A stretch of 32,000 nt of DNA, taken from Pseudomonas aeruginosa (GTDB lineage: Bacteria > Pseudomonadota > Gammaproteobacteria > Pseudomonadales > Pseudomonadaceae). The translations under genes were made by a program, and so were the position numbers. The stretch lies in the NCBI RefSeq assembly GCF_001457615.1, contig NZ_LN831024.1:3300001-3332000 (forward strand), written 5' to 3'. Numbering within the stretch: the first letter of the stretch is position 1; every line of letters starts with the position of its first letter. The notes under the pieces were generated by a model. That model saw only the letters and a program-made list of their open reading frames with translations. It did not search any database and was not told the DNA's origin. Below, piece by piece: positions 10,210-18,593 of the stretch.

Positions 10210-11112
10210 ATGAACCTGCCGAAGAAGGTCCGCCTGGTGGAGGTCGGTCCGCGCGACGGACTGCAGAACGAGAAACAGCCGATCGAGGTGGCCGACAAGA
10301 TCCGCCTGGTCGATGACCTGAGCGCCGCCGGCCTGGACTACATCGAAGTGGGCAGCTTCGTCTCGCCCAAGTGGGTGCCGCAGATGGCCGGCTCGGCCGA
10401 GGTATTCGCCGGCATCCGCCAGCGTCCCGGCGTGACCTACGCGGCGCTGGCGCCGAACCTGAAAGGCTTCGAGGCGGCGCTGGAGTCGGGAGTGAAGGAA
10501 GTGGCGGTGTTCGCCGCCGCGTCGGAAGCCTTCTCCCAGCGCAACATCAACTGCTCGATCAAGGACAGCCTGGAGCGCTTCGTACCGGTGCTGGAGGCGG
10601 CGCGCCAGCACCAGGTGCGGGTGCGCGGCTACATTTCCTGCGTGCTCGGCTGTCCCTACGACGGCGATGTCGATCCGCGCCAGGTCGCCTGGGTCGCCCG
10701 CGAACTCCAGCAGATGGGCTGCTACGAAGTGTCCCTGGGCGACACCATCGGCGTCGGCACCGCCGGTGCCACCCGCCGGCTGATCGAGGCGGTGGCCAGC
10801 GAGGTTCCCCGCGAGCGCCTCGCCGGGCACTTCCACGACACCTACGGGCAGGCCCTGGCGAACATCTACGCCAGCCTGCTGGAAGGCGTCGCGGTATTCG
10901 ACAGCTCGGTGGCCGGCCTCGGCGGTTGTCCCTACGCCAAGGGCGCCACCGGCAACGTCGCCAGCGAAGACGTCCTCTACCTGCTGAACGGCCTGGAGAT
11001 CCATACCGGGGTCGACATGCACGCCCTGGTCGACGCCGGCCAGCGCATCTGCGCGGTGCTCGGCAAGAGCAACGGATCGCGAGCGGCGAAGGCGTTGCTG
11101 GCCAAGGCCTGA
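10210..11112 (+). CDS. liuE: Hydroxymethylglutaryl-CoA lyase
   Basis: 300 aa starting MNLPKKVRLVEVGPRDGLQNE (hallmark HMGL N-terminus). This is the last 300 codons of the artefactual 739-aa track ORF 8893..11112. Confidence 0.95.
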   Translation: MNLPKKVRLVEVGPRDGLQNEKQPIEVADKIRLVDDLSAAGLDYIEVGSFVSPKWVPQMAGSAEVFAGIRQRPGVTYAALAPNLKGFEAALESGVKEVAVFAAASEAFSQRNINCSIKDSLERFVPVLEAARQHQVRVRGYISCVLGCPYDGDVDPRQVAWVARELQQMGCYEVSLGDTIGVGTAGATRRLIEAVASEVPRERLAGHFHDTYGQALANIYASLLEGVAVFDSSVAGLGGCPYAKGATGNVASEDVLYLLNGLEIHTGVDMHALVDAGQRICAVLGKSNGSRAAKALLAKA

Positions 11113-11117
11113 GAAGC

Positions 11118-11145
11118 GGCGGATAACCGCGGGCGGTTATCCGCC
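11118..11145. repeat. REP-like palindromic element (GGCGGATAACCGC gg GCGGTTATCCGCC, followed by CTAC)
   Basis: 13-bp perfect arms at 11118-11130 and 11133-11145, between the convergent liuE and hmgR 3' ends. It belongs to the same sequence family, in opposite orientation, as the hairpin at 20870-20898. Confidence 0.7.
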
Positions 11146-11179
11146 CTACCTGACATCACCCTCAGGCTCGGAGACTGCA

Positions 11180-11983
11180 TCATCCACCCTGGGTGCCGTC
11201 ATACCCCATCCGCCAACTGATAGCCCGAGTCGTCGCAAGCAGCCGTTCCGCCGCCGGCCCCTGCTCCTCGGCCTGGAAGATGCTCGCCGGGCCGACCACC
11301 GTGAGCACCGCCGCCACCCGCCCGCGGGCGTCGAACACCGGTGCCGAGAGCGCCTCCACCCCAGGCATCAGCAGCCCATGGATCGCATGCAGGCCGCGCG
11401 CGCGGATGCCCTCCAGGAGCACCGCGTAGGCCGCCGGGTCGGCCAGCGGATGGTCGGCGCGCCCGGCCAACTCTTCCTCGCGCAGCTCGGCCACCTCGCG
11501 TTCCGGCAGGAACGCGGCGAACACCAGGCCGGTGGACGAACCGAGCAGCGGCAGCACCGAGCCGACCTGGGTGACCACCGTCACCGCGCGCACCGCCTGT
11601 TCCACCTGTACCACGGTGGCGCCACGGTTGCCCCAGACGGCGAGGAAGCAGGTCTCGTTGAGCACGTCGCGCAGCTCGGCCAGCGGCGCGGCGGCGCTCT
11701 TCAGCACGTCCATGCTGTCCAGCGCCGCCAGGCCCACGCGCAGGGCCTCGCGCCCCAGCGAGTAATGATTGGTGGAGGCGTCCTGGACCGCGAAGCCGCT
11801 GGCGATCAATGCCTGCAGGTAGCGATGGACCTTGCTCGCCGGCATCCCCACATGCTCCGCCAGGCGCGACAGCGAGGTCGCCGGGGAGAGTTCGGCGAGG
11901 GCCTTGAGGATATCGGTACCGACTTCGGCGGAGCGGACCTTCTGCTTGCCGGAGGTTTCGGCGGGACTGCTGTTCTTTTCCAT
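11180..11983 (-). CDS. hmgR: IclR-family transcriptional regulator, probable repressor of the homogentisate operon
   Basis: 267 aa with an IclR-type N-terminal wHTH (SLSRLAEHVGMPASKVHRYLQALIASGF) and a C-terminal effector domain. It is divergent from hmgA-fahA-maiA, as in the P. putida hmgR arrangement (from memory). Confidence 0.85.
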   Translation of the reverse strand: MEKNSSPAETSGKQKVRSAEVGTDILKALAELSPATSLSRLAEHVGMPASKVHRYLQALIASGFAVQDASTNHYSLGREALRVGLAALDSMDVLKSAAAPLAELRDVLNETCFLAVWGNRGATVVQVEQAVRAVTVVTQVGSVLPLLGSSTGLVFAAFLPEREVAELREEELAGRADHPLADPAAYAVLLEGIRARGLHAIHGLLMPGVEALSAPVFDARGRVAAVLTVVGPASIFQAEEQGPAAERLLATTRAISWRMGYDGTQGG

Positions 11984-12040
11984 GGACGCGGGTTCCTGCG
12001 GGCGGGGCCGACGTTATAGCTTGACGCTGCCTTCCACTCA

Positions 12041-12067
12041 AATTACGTTATGCGTAATTGAATTACG
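12041..12067. promoter_or_regulatory. Three AATTACG half-sites, including the perfect 7-1-7 palindrome CGTAATTGAATTACG; candidate HmgR operator in the hmgR/hmgA divergent region
   Basis: AATTACG is at 12041-12047, CGTAATT at 12053-12059 and AATTACG at 12061-12067. The sites sit in an AT-rich patch 77-103 nt upstream of the hmgA ATG. Assigning them as an operator is inference. Confidence 0.5.
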
Positions 12068-12143
12068 ATAAAAATAACGCAGCCAGCGTGCCAGGTCCCC
12101 GGCGGATCGGCGGCAAGCTGCCCCCACTCCCCGGAGGCCTCAG

Positions 12144-13442
12144 ATGAACCTCGACTCCACTGCCCTCGCCTATCAATCGGGCTTCGGCAACGAATTCAGC
12201 AGCGAAGCGCTCCCCGGCGCCCTGCCGGTCGGCCAGAACTCCCCGCAGAAAGCGCCCTACGGCCTGTACGCCGAACTGCTCTCCGGCACCGCCTTCACCA
12301 TGGCTCGCAGCGAGGCCCGGCGCACCTGGCTGTACCGCATCACGCCGTCGGCCAAGCATCCGCCGTTCCGCCGCCTGGAACGACAGATCGCCGGTGCCGA
12401 ACTGGATGCGCCGACTCCCAACCGCCTGCGCTGGGACCCGCTGGCACTGCCCGAGCAGCCCACCGACTTCCTCGACGGCCTGCTGCGCATGGCCGCCAAC
12501 GCGCCCGGCGACAAGCCCGCCGGCGTGAGCATCTACCAGTACCTGGCCAACCGCTCGATGGAGCGTTGCTTCTACGACGCCGATGGCGAACTGCTGCTGG
12601 TCCCGCAATTGGGCCGTCTGCGCCTGTGCACCGAACTCGGCGCGCTGCAAGTCGAACCGCTGGAGATCGCGGTGATCCCGCGCGGGATGAAGTTCCGCGT
12701 CGAGCTGCTCGACGGCGAGGCACGCGGCTATATCGCCGAGAACCACGGCGCGCCGCTGCGCCTGCCCGACCTCGGCCCGATCGGCAGCAATGGCCTGGCC
12801 AATCCGCGCGACTTCCTGACCCCGGTGGCGCGCTACGAGGACAGCCGCCAGCCGCTGCAACTGGTGCAGAAATACCTCGGCGAGCTGTGGGCCTGCGAGC
12901 TTGACCACTCGCCGCTGGACGTGGTCGCCTGGCACGGCAACAACGTGCCCTACAAGTACGACCTGCGCCGCTTCAACACCATCGGCACGGTCAGCTTCGA
13001 CCACCCGGACCCGTCGATCTTCACCGTGCTGACCTCCCCCACCAGCGTCCCCGGCCTGGCCAACATCGACTTCGTGATCTTCCCGCCGCGCTGGATGGTG
13101 GCCGAGAACACCTTCCGTCCGCCATGGTTCCACCGCAACCTGATGAACGAATTCATGGGCCTGATCCAGGGCGCCTATGACGCCAAGGCCGGCGGCTTCG
13201 TGCCCGGCGGCGCCTCGCTGCACAGTTGCATGAGCGCCCACGGCCCGGACGCGGAAAGCTGCGACAAGGCCATCGCCGCCGACCTCAAGCCGCACAGGAT
13301 CGACCAGACCATGGCCTTCATGTTCGAGACCAGCCAGGTCCTCCGGCCGAGCCGTGCCGCCCTCGAGACGCCGGCCCTGCAGAATGACTACGATGCCTGC
13401 TGGGCGTCGCTCGTATCCACCTTCAACCCGCAACGGAGATAA
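12144..13442 (+). CDS. hmgA: Homogentisate 1,2-dioxygenase
   Basis: 432 aa. The N-terminus [43 protein letters not shown] is diagnostic for HGO. GGAGG lies 6 nt upstream of the start. Confidence 0.96.
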
Positions 13443-13446
13443 CCCC

Positions 13447-14745
13447 ATGAACCAGCCAACCCCCACTCGTAGCTGGGTCGCCTCCGCCAATGGGCATGCC
13501 GACTTTCCCCTGCAAAACCTGCCGCTGGGCATCTTCAGCCGTGCCGGCCTGAGCCCGCGTTGCGGCGTGGCCATCGGCGACTCGATCCTCGACCTGGACG
13601 CGGCGCTGGCCGCCGGGCTGTTCGAGGGTGCCGCCGGCGAAGCCGCCGAAGCCACCCGCGGCGGCGCGCTGAACGCCTTCTTCGCCCTCGGCAAGCCGGC
13701 CCGCGTGGTGCTGCGCCAGCGCCTGCTGGAGCTGCTCGGCGAAGGCGCCGCGGAGCGCCCGGAACTGCTCCATCCGGCCGCCGAGTGCCAAATGCACCTA
13801 CCGGCCAGGATCGGCGACTACACCGACTTCTACGTCGGCATCCGCCATGCCGAGAACGTCGGCAAGCTGTTCCGCCCGGACAACCCACTGCTGCCCAACT
13901 ACAAGCACGTGCCCATCGGCTACCACGGCCGCGCCTCGACCGTGCGCGTCTCCGGCAGCGAAGTGCGCCGGCCCAACGGCCAGACCCTGCCGGCCGGCGC
14001 CAGCGAGCCGGTGTTCGGCCCCTGCGCGCGCCTGGACTACGAACTGGAGCTGGGCATCTGGATCGGCCAGGGCAACGCCCTCGGCGAAGCCATCCCGGTT
14101 TCCCGCGCCGCCGAGCACATCGCCGGCTTCTGCCTGCTCAACGACTGGTCGGCGCGCGACATCCAGGCCTGGGAATACCAACCGCTCGGCCCGTTCCTGT
14201 CGAAGAGCTTCATCACCAGCGTCTCGCCCTGGGTGGTCACCGCCGAAGCCCTGGAGCCGTTCCGCCGTGCCCAGCCAGCGCGCCCCGAAGGCGACCCGCG
14301 GCCGCTGCCGTATCTCTACGACGACAACGACCAGGCCCACGGCGCCTTCGACATCGAGCTGGAGGTCCTGCTGCTCACCGAGGGCCTGCGCGAGAAAGGC
14401 CTGCCGCCGCAGCGCCTGACCCTGAGCAACAGCCTGAGCATGTACTGGACGGTGGCGCAGATGGTCGCCCACCACAGCGTCAATGGCTGCCAGTTGCAGC
14501 CCGGCGACCTGTTCGGCTCCGGCACCCTGTCCGGCGCCGAGCCCGGCCAGTTCGGCTCGCTGCTGGAGATCACCGCTGGCGGCAAGCAGCCGGTGCAACT
14601 GGCCTCCGGCGAGACCCGGCGCTTCCTCGAGGACGGCGACGAGGTCATCCTCCGCGCCCGCTGCAAGCGCGAGGGACATGTCTCGATCGGTTTCGGCGAA
14701 TGTCGCGGCAAGGTGCTCGCGGCCCTTCCGGGGGCGCGCGGATGA
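13447..14745 (+). CDS. fahA: Fumarylacetoacetase (fumarylacetoacetate hydrolase)
   Basis: 432 aa from MNQPTPTRSWV (GGAG upstream). FAH motifs are DYTDFY, IGYHGRAS and DYELELG. The track ORF start at 13354 overlaps hmgA and was rejected. Confidence 0.94.
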   Translation: MNQPTPTRSWVASANGHADFPLQNLPLGIFSRAGLSPRCGVAIGDSILDLDAALAAGLFEGAAGEAAEATRGGALNAFFALGKPARVVLRQRLLELLGEGAAERPELLHPAAECQMHLPARIGDYTDFYVGIRHAENVGKLFRPDNPLLPNYKHVPIGYHGRASTVRVSGSEVRRPNGQTLPAGASEPVFGPCARLDYELELGIWIGQGNALGEAIPVSRAAEHIAGFCLLNDWSARDIQAWEYQPLGPFLSKSFITSVSPWVVTAEALEPFRRAQPARPEGDPRPLPYLYDDNDQAHGAFDIELEVLLLTEGLREKGLPPQRLTLSNSLSMYWTVAQMVAHHSVNGCQLQPGDLFGSGTLSGAEPGQFGSLLEITAGGKQPVQLASGETRRFLEDGDEVILRARCKREGHVSIGFGECRGKVLAALPGARG

Positions 14746-15380
14746 AGCTCTATACCTACTACCGTTCCACCTCCTCCTACCGGGTGCGCATCGCCCTGGC
14801 GCTGAAGGGGCTGGACTACCAGTCGCTGCCGGTCAACCTGATCCGCGACGGCGGCGAACACCGCCAACCCGCCTACCTGGCGCTCAACCCGCAGGGCCGC
14901 GTACCGGCCCTGCAGGTCGACGAGGGCGAGCTGCTGATCCAGTCGCCGGCGATCATCGAGTACCTCGAGGAGCGCTACCCGCACCCCGCCCTGCTCTCCA
15001 GCGATCCGCTGCGCCGCGCCCGCGAGCGCGGAGTCGCGGCGCTGGTCGGCTGCGACATCCACCCGTTGCACAACGCCAGCGTGCTCAACCTGCTGCGCCA
15101 GTGGGGACACGACGAAGAGCAGGTCCGGCAGTGGATCGGCCACTGGGTCGGCCAGGGTCTCGCCGCCGTCGAGCAACTGATCGGCGACCAGGGTTGGTGC
15201 TTCGGCGACCGGCCAGGCCTGGCCGACGTCTACCTGGTCCCGCAGCTCTACGCCGCCGAGCGCTTCGGCGTGGCGCTGGACGCCTGGCCACGGATCCGCC
15301 GGGTCGCCGACCTGGCCGCCGCCCATCCGGCGTTCCGCCAGGCCCATCCGGCCAACCAGCCGGACACCCCGGCCGCCTGA
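14742..15380 (+). CDS. maiA: Maleylacetoacetate isomerase (zeta-class glutathione S-transferase)
   Basis: 212 aa with the GST-zeta N-terminus MKLYTYYRSTSSYRVRIALALKG. The start overlaps the fahA stop (ATGA at 14742-14745). Confidence 0.93.
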   Translation: MKLYTYYRSTSSYRVRIALALKGLDYQSLPVNLIRDGGEHRQPAYLALNPQGRVPALQVDEGELLIQSPAIIEYLEERYPHPALLSSDPLRRARERGVAALVGCDIHPLHNASVLNLLRQWGHDEEQVRQWIGHWVGQGLAAVEQLIGDQGWCFGDRPGLADVYLVPQLYAAERFGVALDAWPRIRRVADLAAAHPAFRQAHPANQPDTPAA

Positions 15381-15413
15381 GGGACCGCAGAGTCCCGCTC
15401 CTGAAGATAAAGG

Positions 15414-15434
15414 GGGGCGTCCGCCGGACGCCCC
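15414..15434 (+). terminator. GC hairpin downstream of maiA (GGGGCGTCCG c CGGACGCCCC)
   Basis: 10-nt complementary arms at 15414-15423 and 15425-15434, 34 nt after the maiA stop. There is no U-tract, so it may be a terminator or an mRNA-stabilising element. Confidence 0.4.
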
Positions 15435-15464
15435 ATCACCAATAAGAACCTCAGGTACCTTGCG

Positions 15465-16817
15465 ATGCACAACCAGATCGCCAGCTTTCGCGCGGCGCTC
15501 GACGCGCGCCCCGTGTCCCGCTACCAGTGGCTGTTGCTGCTGCTCCTCGCCCTGTTGCTGGTCACCGATGGCTACGATGCCCAGGTGCTCGGCTACGTGG
15601 TGCCGACCCTGGCCCAGGAATGGGGCCTGGACAAGGCCGCGTTCGGCCCGGTGTTCAGCGCCAACCTGTTCGGCCTGACCGTCGGTTCGCTGCTGGTGAC
15701 GCCGCTGGCGGACCGCTTCGGCATCCGCCGGGTGCTGCTCTGCTGCGTGCTGATCTACGCCAGCCTGACCGTCCTGATGGTCTTCGCCGGTTCCCTGGAA
15801 AGCCTGATGCTGGCGCGCTTCGTCTGCGGCATCGGAATGGGCGGGGCGATGCCCAGCGCCATGGCGCTGATGGCCGAGTATTCGCCACCGCGCCTGCGTA
15901 CCCTGATGGTCACCCTGGCGGCCTGCGGTTTCTCCTTCGGCGGCGCCGCCGGCGGTTTCGTCGCCGCCGCCTTCATGGACGGCTTCGGCTGGCAGGCGGT
16001 GTTCCTCGCCGGCGGCGTCACCCCGTTGCTGCTGTTCCCCTTCCTCCTCCTGTTCCTGCCGGAGTCGCTGCCGCGCCTGCTCCGCGACGCACCGCCCTAT
16101 GCCCGCCTACGCCAGCTCAGCGAGCGCATGGCGCCGGGCTGGCAGCCGCCGCCGGCACAAGCCGACGCCGAGCCGGCGGCGAGCCTGACCGTGCTGGAGC
16201 TGTTCCGCCACGGTTACGCGCGGCCGACCCTGCTGCTCTGGGCGACCTTCTTCGTCAGCCTGATCCTGCTCTACTTCATGGTCAGCTGGCTGCCCTCGCT
16301 GCTCCAGGAAAGCGGCCTGACACGCAATGCGGCGAACCTGGCGACCTCGATGTTCCTCTTCGCCGGCACCCTCGGCGCGATGCTCCTGGCCTGGCTCGCC
16401 GACCGCCTGCGCAGCAAGGTCCGCCTGCTGGCGGCGATTCTCGCCGGCGCCGCGCTGTTCACCCTGCTCCTCGGCCTCAACCACGACCAGCCGCGCTGGC
16501 TGCTGGCGTTCGTCTTCGCCGCCGGCTTCTGCATCATCGGCGGGCAGTTGACCCTGAACGCCTTCGCCAGCAACTTCTACCCGGCCCAGGTACGCGCCAC
16601 CGGCACCGGCTGGGCGCTGGGCGTGGGCCGCTTCGGTTCGATCCTCGGCCCACTGTTCGGCAGCCTGCTGCTGGGCATGCACATATCCGTGGAGAACATC
16701 TTCATGCTTGCGGCGATTCCCGCCGGGCTCGCCGCGCTACTGATCCTCCAGGTCCGCTCGCCCGCCGCCCAGGCGCAGCGGGAAAGCGCCGCCGCGCTGG
16801 CCGTCGAGGAATCCTGA
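15465..16817 (+). CDS. MFS transporter, aromatic acid:H+ symporter (PcaK/MhpT-like) type
   Basis: 450 aa with 12 predicted hydrophobic segments and the MFS motif LADRFGIRRVLL after TM2. Its position directly after hmgA-fahA-maiA suggests, but does not prove, an aromatic-acid substrate. Confidence 0.85.
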   Translation: MHNQIASFRAALDARPVSRYQWLLLLLLALLLVTDGYDAQVLGYVVPTLAQEWGLDKAAFGPVFSANLFGLTVGSLLVTPLADRFGIRRVLLCCVLIYASLTVLMVFAGSLESLMLARFVCGIGMGGAMPSAMALMAEYSPPRLRTLMVTLAACGFSFGGAAGGFVAAAFMDGFGWQAVFLAGGVTPLLLFPFLLLFLPESLPRLLRDAPPYARLRQLSERMAPGWQPPPAQADAEPAASLTVLELFRHGYARPTLLLWATFFVSLILLYFMVSWLPSLLQESGLTRNAANLATSMFLFAGTLGAMLLAWLADRLRSKVRLLAAILAGAALFTLLLGLNHDQPRWLLAFVFAAGFCIIGGQLTLNAFASNFYPAQVRATGTGWALGVGRFGSILGPLFGSLLLGMHISVENIFMLAAIPAGLAALLILQVRSPAAQAQRESAAALAVEES

Positions 16818-16885
16818 GCCTTCACCGCGAGCGGCTTCCCGGCTACAGTGGCGGCCCGTTTCGCCGTCCGCCGCAGGAGCCGCCG

Positions 16886-18316
16886 ATGAACGACGCCGAC
16901 AGCCTCCAGGATTACCAACGCGTACGCCAGCAGGCGATCCGTTCGCTGTTCGAGATCGTCGAAGGCTCCAGCGAAGGCACGGTGATCGTCGACCGCGAGG
17001 CCCGCATCGTCTGGATCAACCAGCGCTACGCCCAGCGTTTCGGCCTCGCCGACCCGGCGCAGGCTATCGGCCGGCCCTGCGAAAGCGTGATCCCCGGTAG
17101 CCTGCTGCGCGAGGTGGTAGGCAGCGGCAAGCCGATCCTGCTGGACATGATGGATAGCGCGAAGGACCCGCTGGTGGTGATGCGCCTGCCGATCCACGAC
17201 GACGCCGGCGAAGTGATCGGCGCCATCGGCTTCGCCCTGCTCGACGAACTGCGTTCGCTGTCGCCGCTGGTGACCCGCTACCTGAGCATGCAGCGCGAAC
17301 TGGCCTCGACCCGCTCGCAATTGCAGGCGCGCCAGGCCAAGTACAGCTTCAGCCACTTCGTCGGTACCAGTCCGGCCAGCCTGGAAGTCAAGCGCCGCGC
17401 CCGTCGTGGCGCGGCCAGCGAAGCGCCGGTGCTGTTGCTCGGCGAGACCGGCACCGGCAAGGAACTGCTCGCCCACGCCATCCACAGCGCTTCGCCGCGG
17501 GCGCACAAGGCCTTCGTCAGCGTGAACGCCGCGGCGATCCCGGAAAGCCTGCTGGAGGCCGAATTCTTCGGTACCGCCCCGGGGGCCTTCACCGGTGCCG
17601 AGCGCAAGGGCCGGCCAGGCAAGTTGCAGGTGGCCCAGGGCGGCACGTTGTTCCTCGACGAGATCGGCGACATGCCGCTGGCCTTGCAAGGCAAGCTGTT
17701 GCGCGTGCTACAGGAGAAAGAGTTCGAAGCGGTGGGTTCCAACGAAGTGATCCGCAGCGACATCCGCCTGGTCGCCGCCACTTCCATCGACCTGCAGCAG
17801 GCGATGCGCGAAGGCCGTTTCCGCGCTGACCTCTACTACCGACTGAACGTCCTGCCGATCGAGATCCCGCCGTTGCGCCAGCGCCTGGACGACCTCCCGG
17901 CGCTCTGCGAGTCGATCCTCGACAGCCTCGACCACGGCCGTCTCCACGAACTCGGCGGCGACGCCCTGGCGCTGCTCGCCCGGCATGCCTGGCCGGGCAA
18001 CGTCCGCGAACTGCGCAACGTGCTGGAACGCGCGCTGCTGCTGGCCGACCAACCGTTGCTGGACGCCGCCGCCCTCGGCGCGGCGCTGGGCCCCCTGCAA
18101 CCGCTGCCGGAGCTGCCTCGAGCGGCGGACGACAGGCCGGTCGGGGATTTCCAACAGGCCCGCGAAGCCTTCGAGCGCGACCTGATCGGACGGGCCCTGG
18201 CGCAGAGTGCCGGCAATGTGGTGGAAGCGGCGAAACGCCTGGGCCTGGGTCGCTCGACCCTGTACAAGAAGATCATGGCGCTGGGCATGCGTCTCGATAA
18301 CGGGACCCATCTCTAA
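16886..18316 (+). CDS. hbcR: Sigma-54-dependent enhancer-binding protein (PAS - AAA+ - Fis-type HTH), regulator of 3-hydroxybutyrate catabolism
   Basis: 476 aa from MNDADSLQDY. Motifs are Walker A GETGTGKE, GAFTGA, Walker B LFLDEIG, and the C-terminal HTH AAKRLGLGRSTLYKKI. The longer track ORF (15527..) merely runs through the MFS gene in another frame. Confidence 0.9.
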   Translation: MNDADSLQDYQRVRQQAIRSLFEIVEGSSEGTVIVDREARIVWINQRYAQRFGLADPAQAIGRPCESVIPGSLLREVVGSGKPILLDMMDSAKDPLVVMRLPIHDDAGEVIGAIGFALLDELRSLSPLVTRYLSMQRELASTRSQLQARQAKYSFSHFVGTSPASLEVKRRARRGAASEAPVLLLGETGTGKELLAHAIHSASPRAHKAFVSVNAAAIPESLLEAEFFGTAPGAFTGAERKGRPGKLQVAQGGTLFLDEIGDMPLALQGKLLRVLQEKEFEAVGSNEVIRSDIRLVAATSIDLQQAMREGRFRADLYYRLNVLPIEIPPLRQRLDDLPALCESILDSLDHGRLHELGGDALALLARHAWPGNVRELRNVLERALLLADQPLLDAAALGAALGPLQPLPELPRAADDRPVGDFQQAREAFERDLIGRALAQSAGNVVEAAKRLGLGRSTLYKKIMALGMRLDNGTHL

Positions 18317-18444
18317 ATAGAGACGAACTGAGATCTGCATAGCCACGGAACTTTCGCTCGATTACGTCTCCATTTTGAGACAACGCTATTCCCCACGCTC
18401 CCCTTCGTCTCGCCGCAGCCCGCGAAAACCGCGATTCTGGGGCC

Positions 18445-18460
18445 TGGCACGGTTATCGCA
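18445..18460 (+). promoter_or_regulatory. Sigma-54 (-24/-12) promoter TGGCAC-ggtta-TCGCA upstream of the permease-bdhA operon
   Basis: GG and GC have the correct 10-nt spacing. The site is 134 nt upstream of the permease ATG and next to the sigma-54 activator gene. This agrees with my recollection that PA2005 and RpoN control this operon. Confidence 0.7.
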
Positions 18461-18593
18461 ATGTGCCTTTCCGACGGCCCTGCCCCGTTCCAGGCCGTCA
18501 CGCCGGTGCCCGCACCGTTCGACAACAAGAAACAGGCCCGGAGCGCCCTTCCCCATGCGGAGCGCGCCCCGCAGCGCCGTGGAGATATGCCCG

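Noticed and set aside
8893-11112. 739-aa plus-strand ORF that could be read as one large gene.
   Set aside because: Only the last 300 codons (from ATG 10210, MNLPKKVRLVEVGPRDGLQNE) are HMG-CoA lyase. The upstream 439 codons are an out-of-frame read-through of liuD with Arg/Pro-rich nonsense translation.
12078-12093. Minus-strand sigma-54-like motif TGGCAC-GCTGG-CTGCG pointing toward hmgR.
   Set aside because: The GG-N10-GC spacing is correct, but the -12 element is CTGC. Similar chance matches occur inside coding DNA (for example TGGCACTGCCCGAGCA in hmgA at about 12442). No enhancer-binding protein is associated with hmgR. I treat it as a probable chance match unless transcription-start data say otherwise.
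12063-13694. 543-aa minus-strand ORF antisense to hmgA. Similar cases are 4489..5787, 9385..11022, 8696..10099, 13798..14679, 14316..15470, 16577..17689, 18498..19889 and 30334..31356.
   Set aside because: All lie opposite or out of frame to genes with unambiguous family signatures. All have Arg/Ala/Gly/Pro-dominated translations and lack RBS or start context. They are GC-content artefacts, not overlapping genes.
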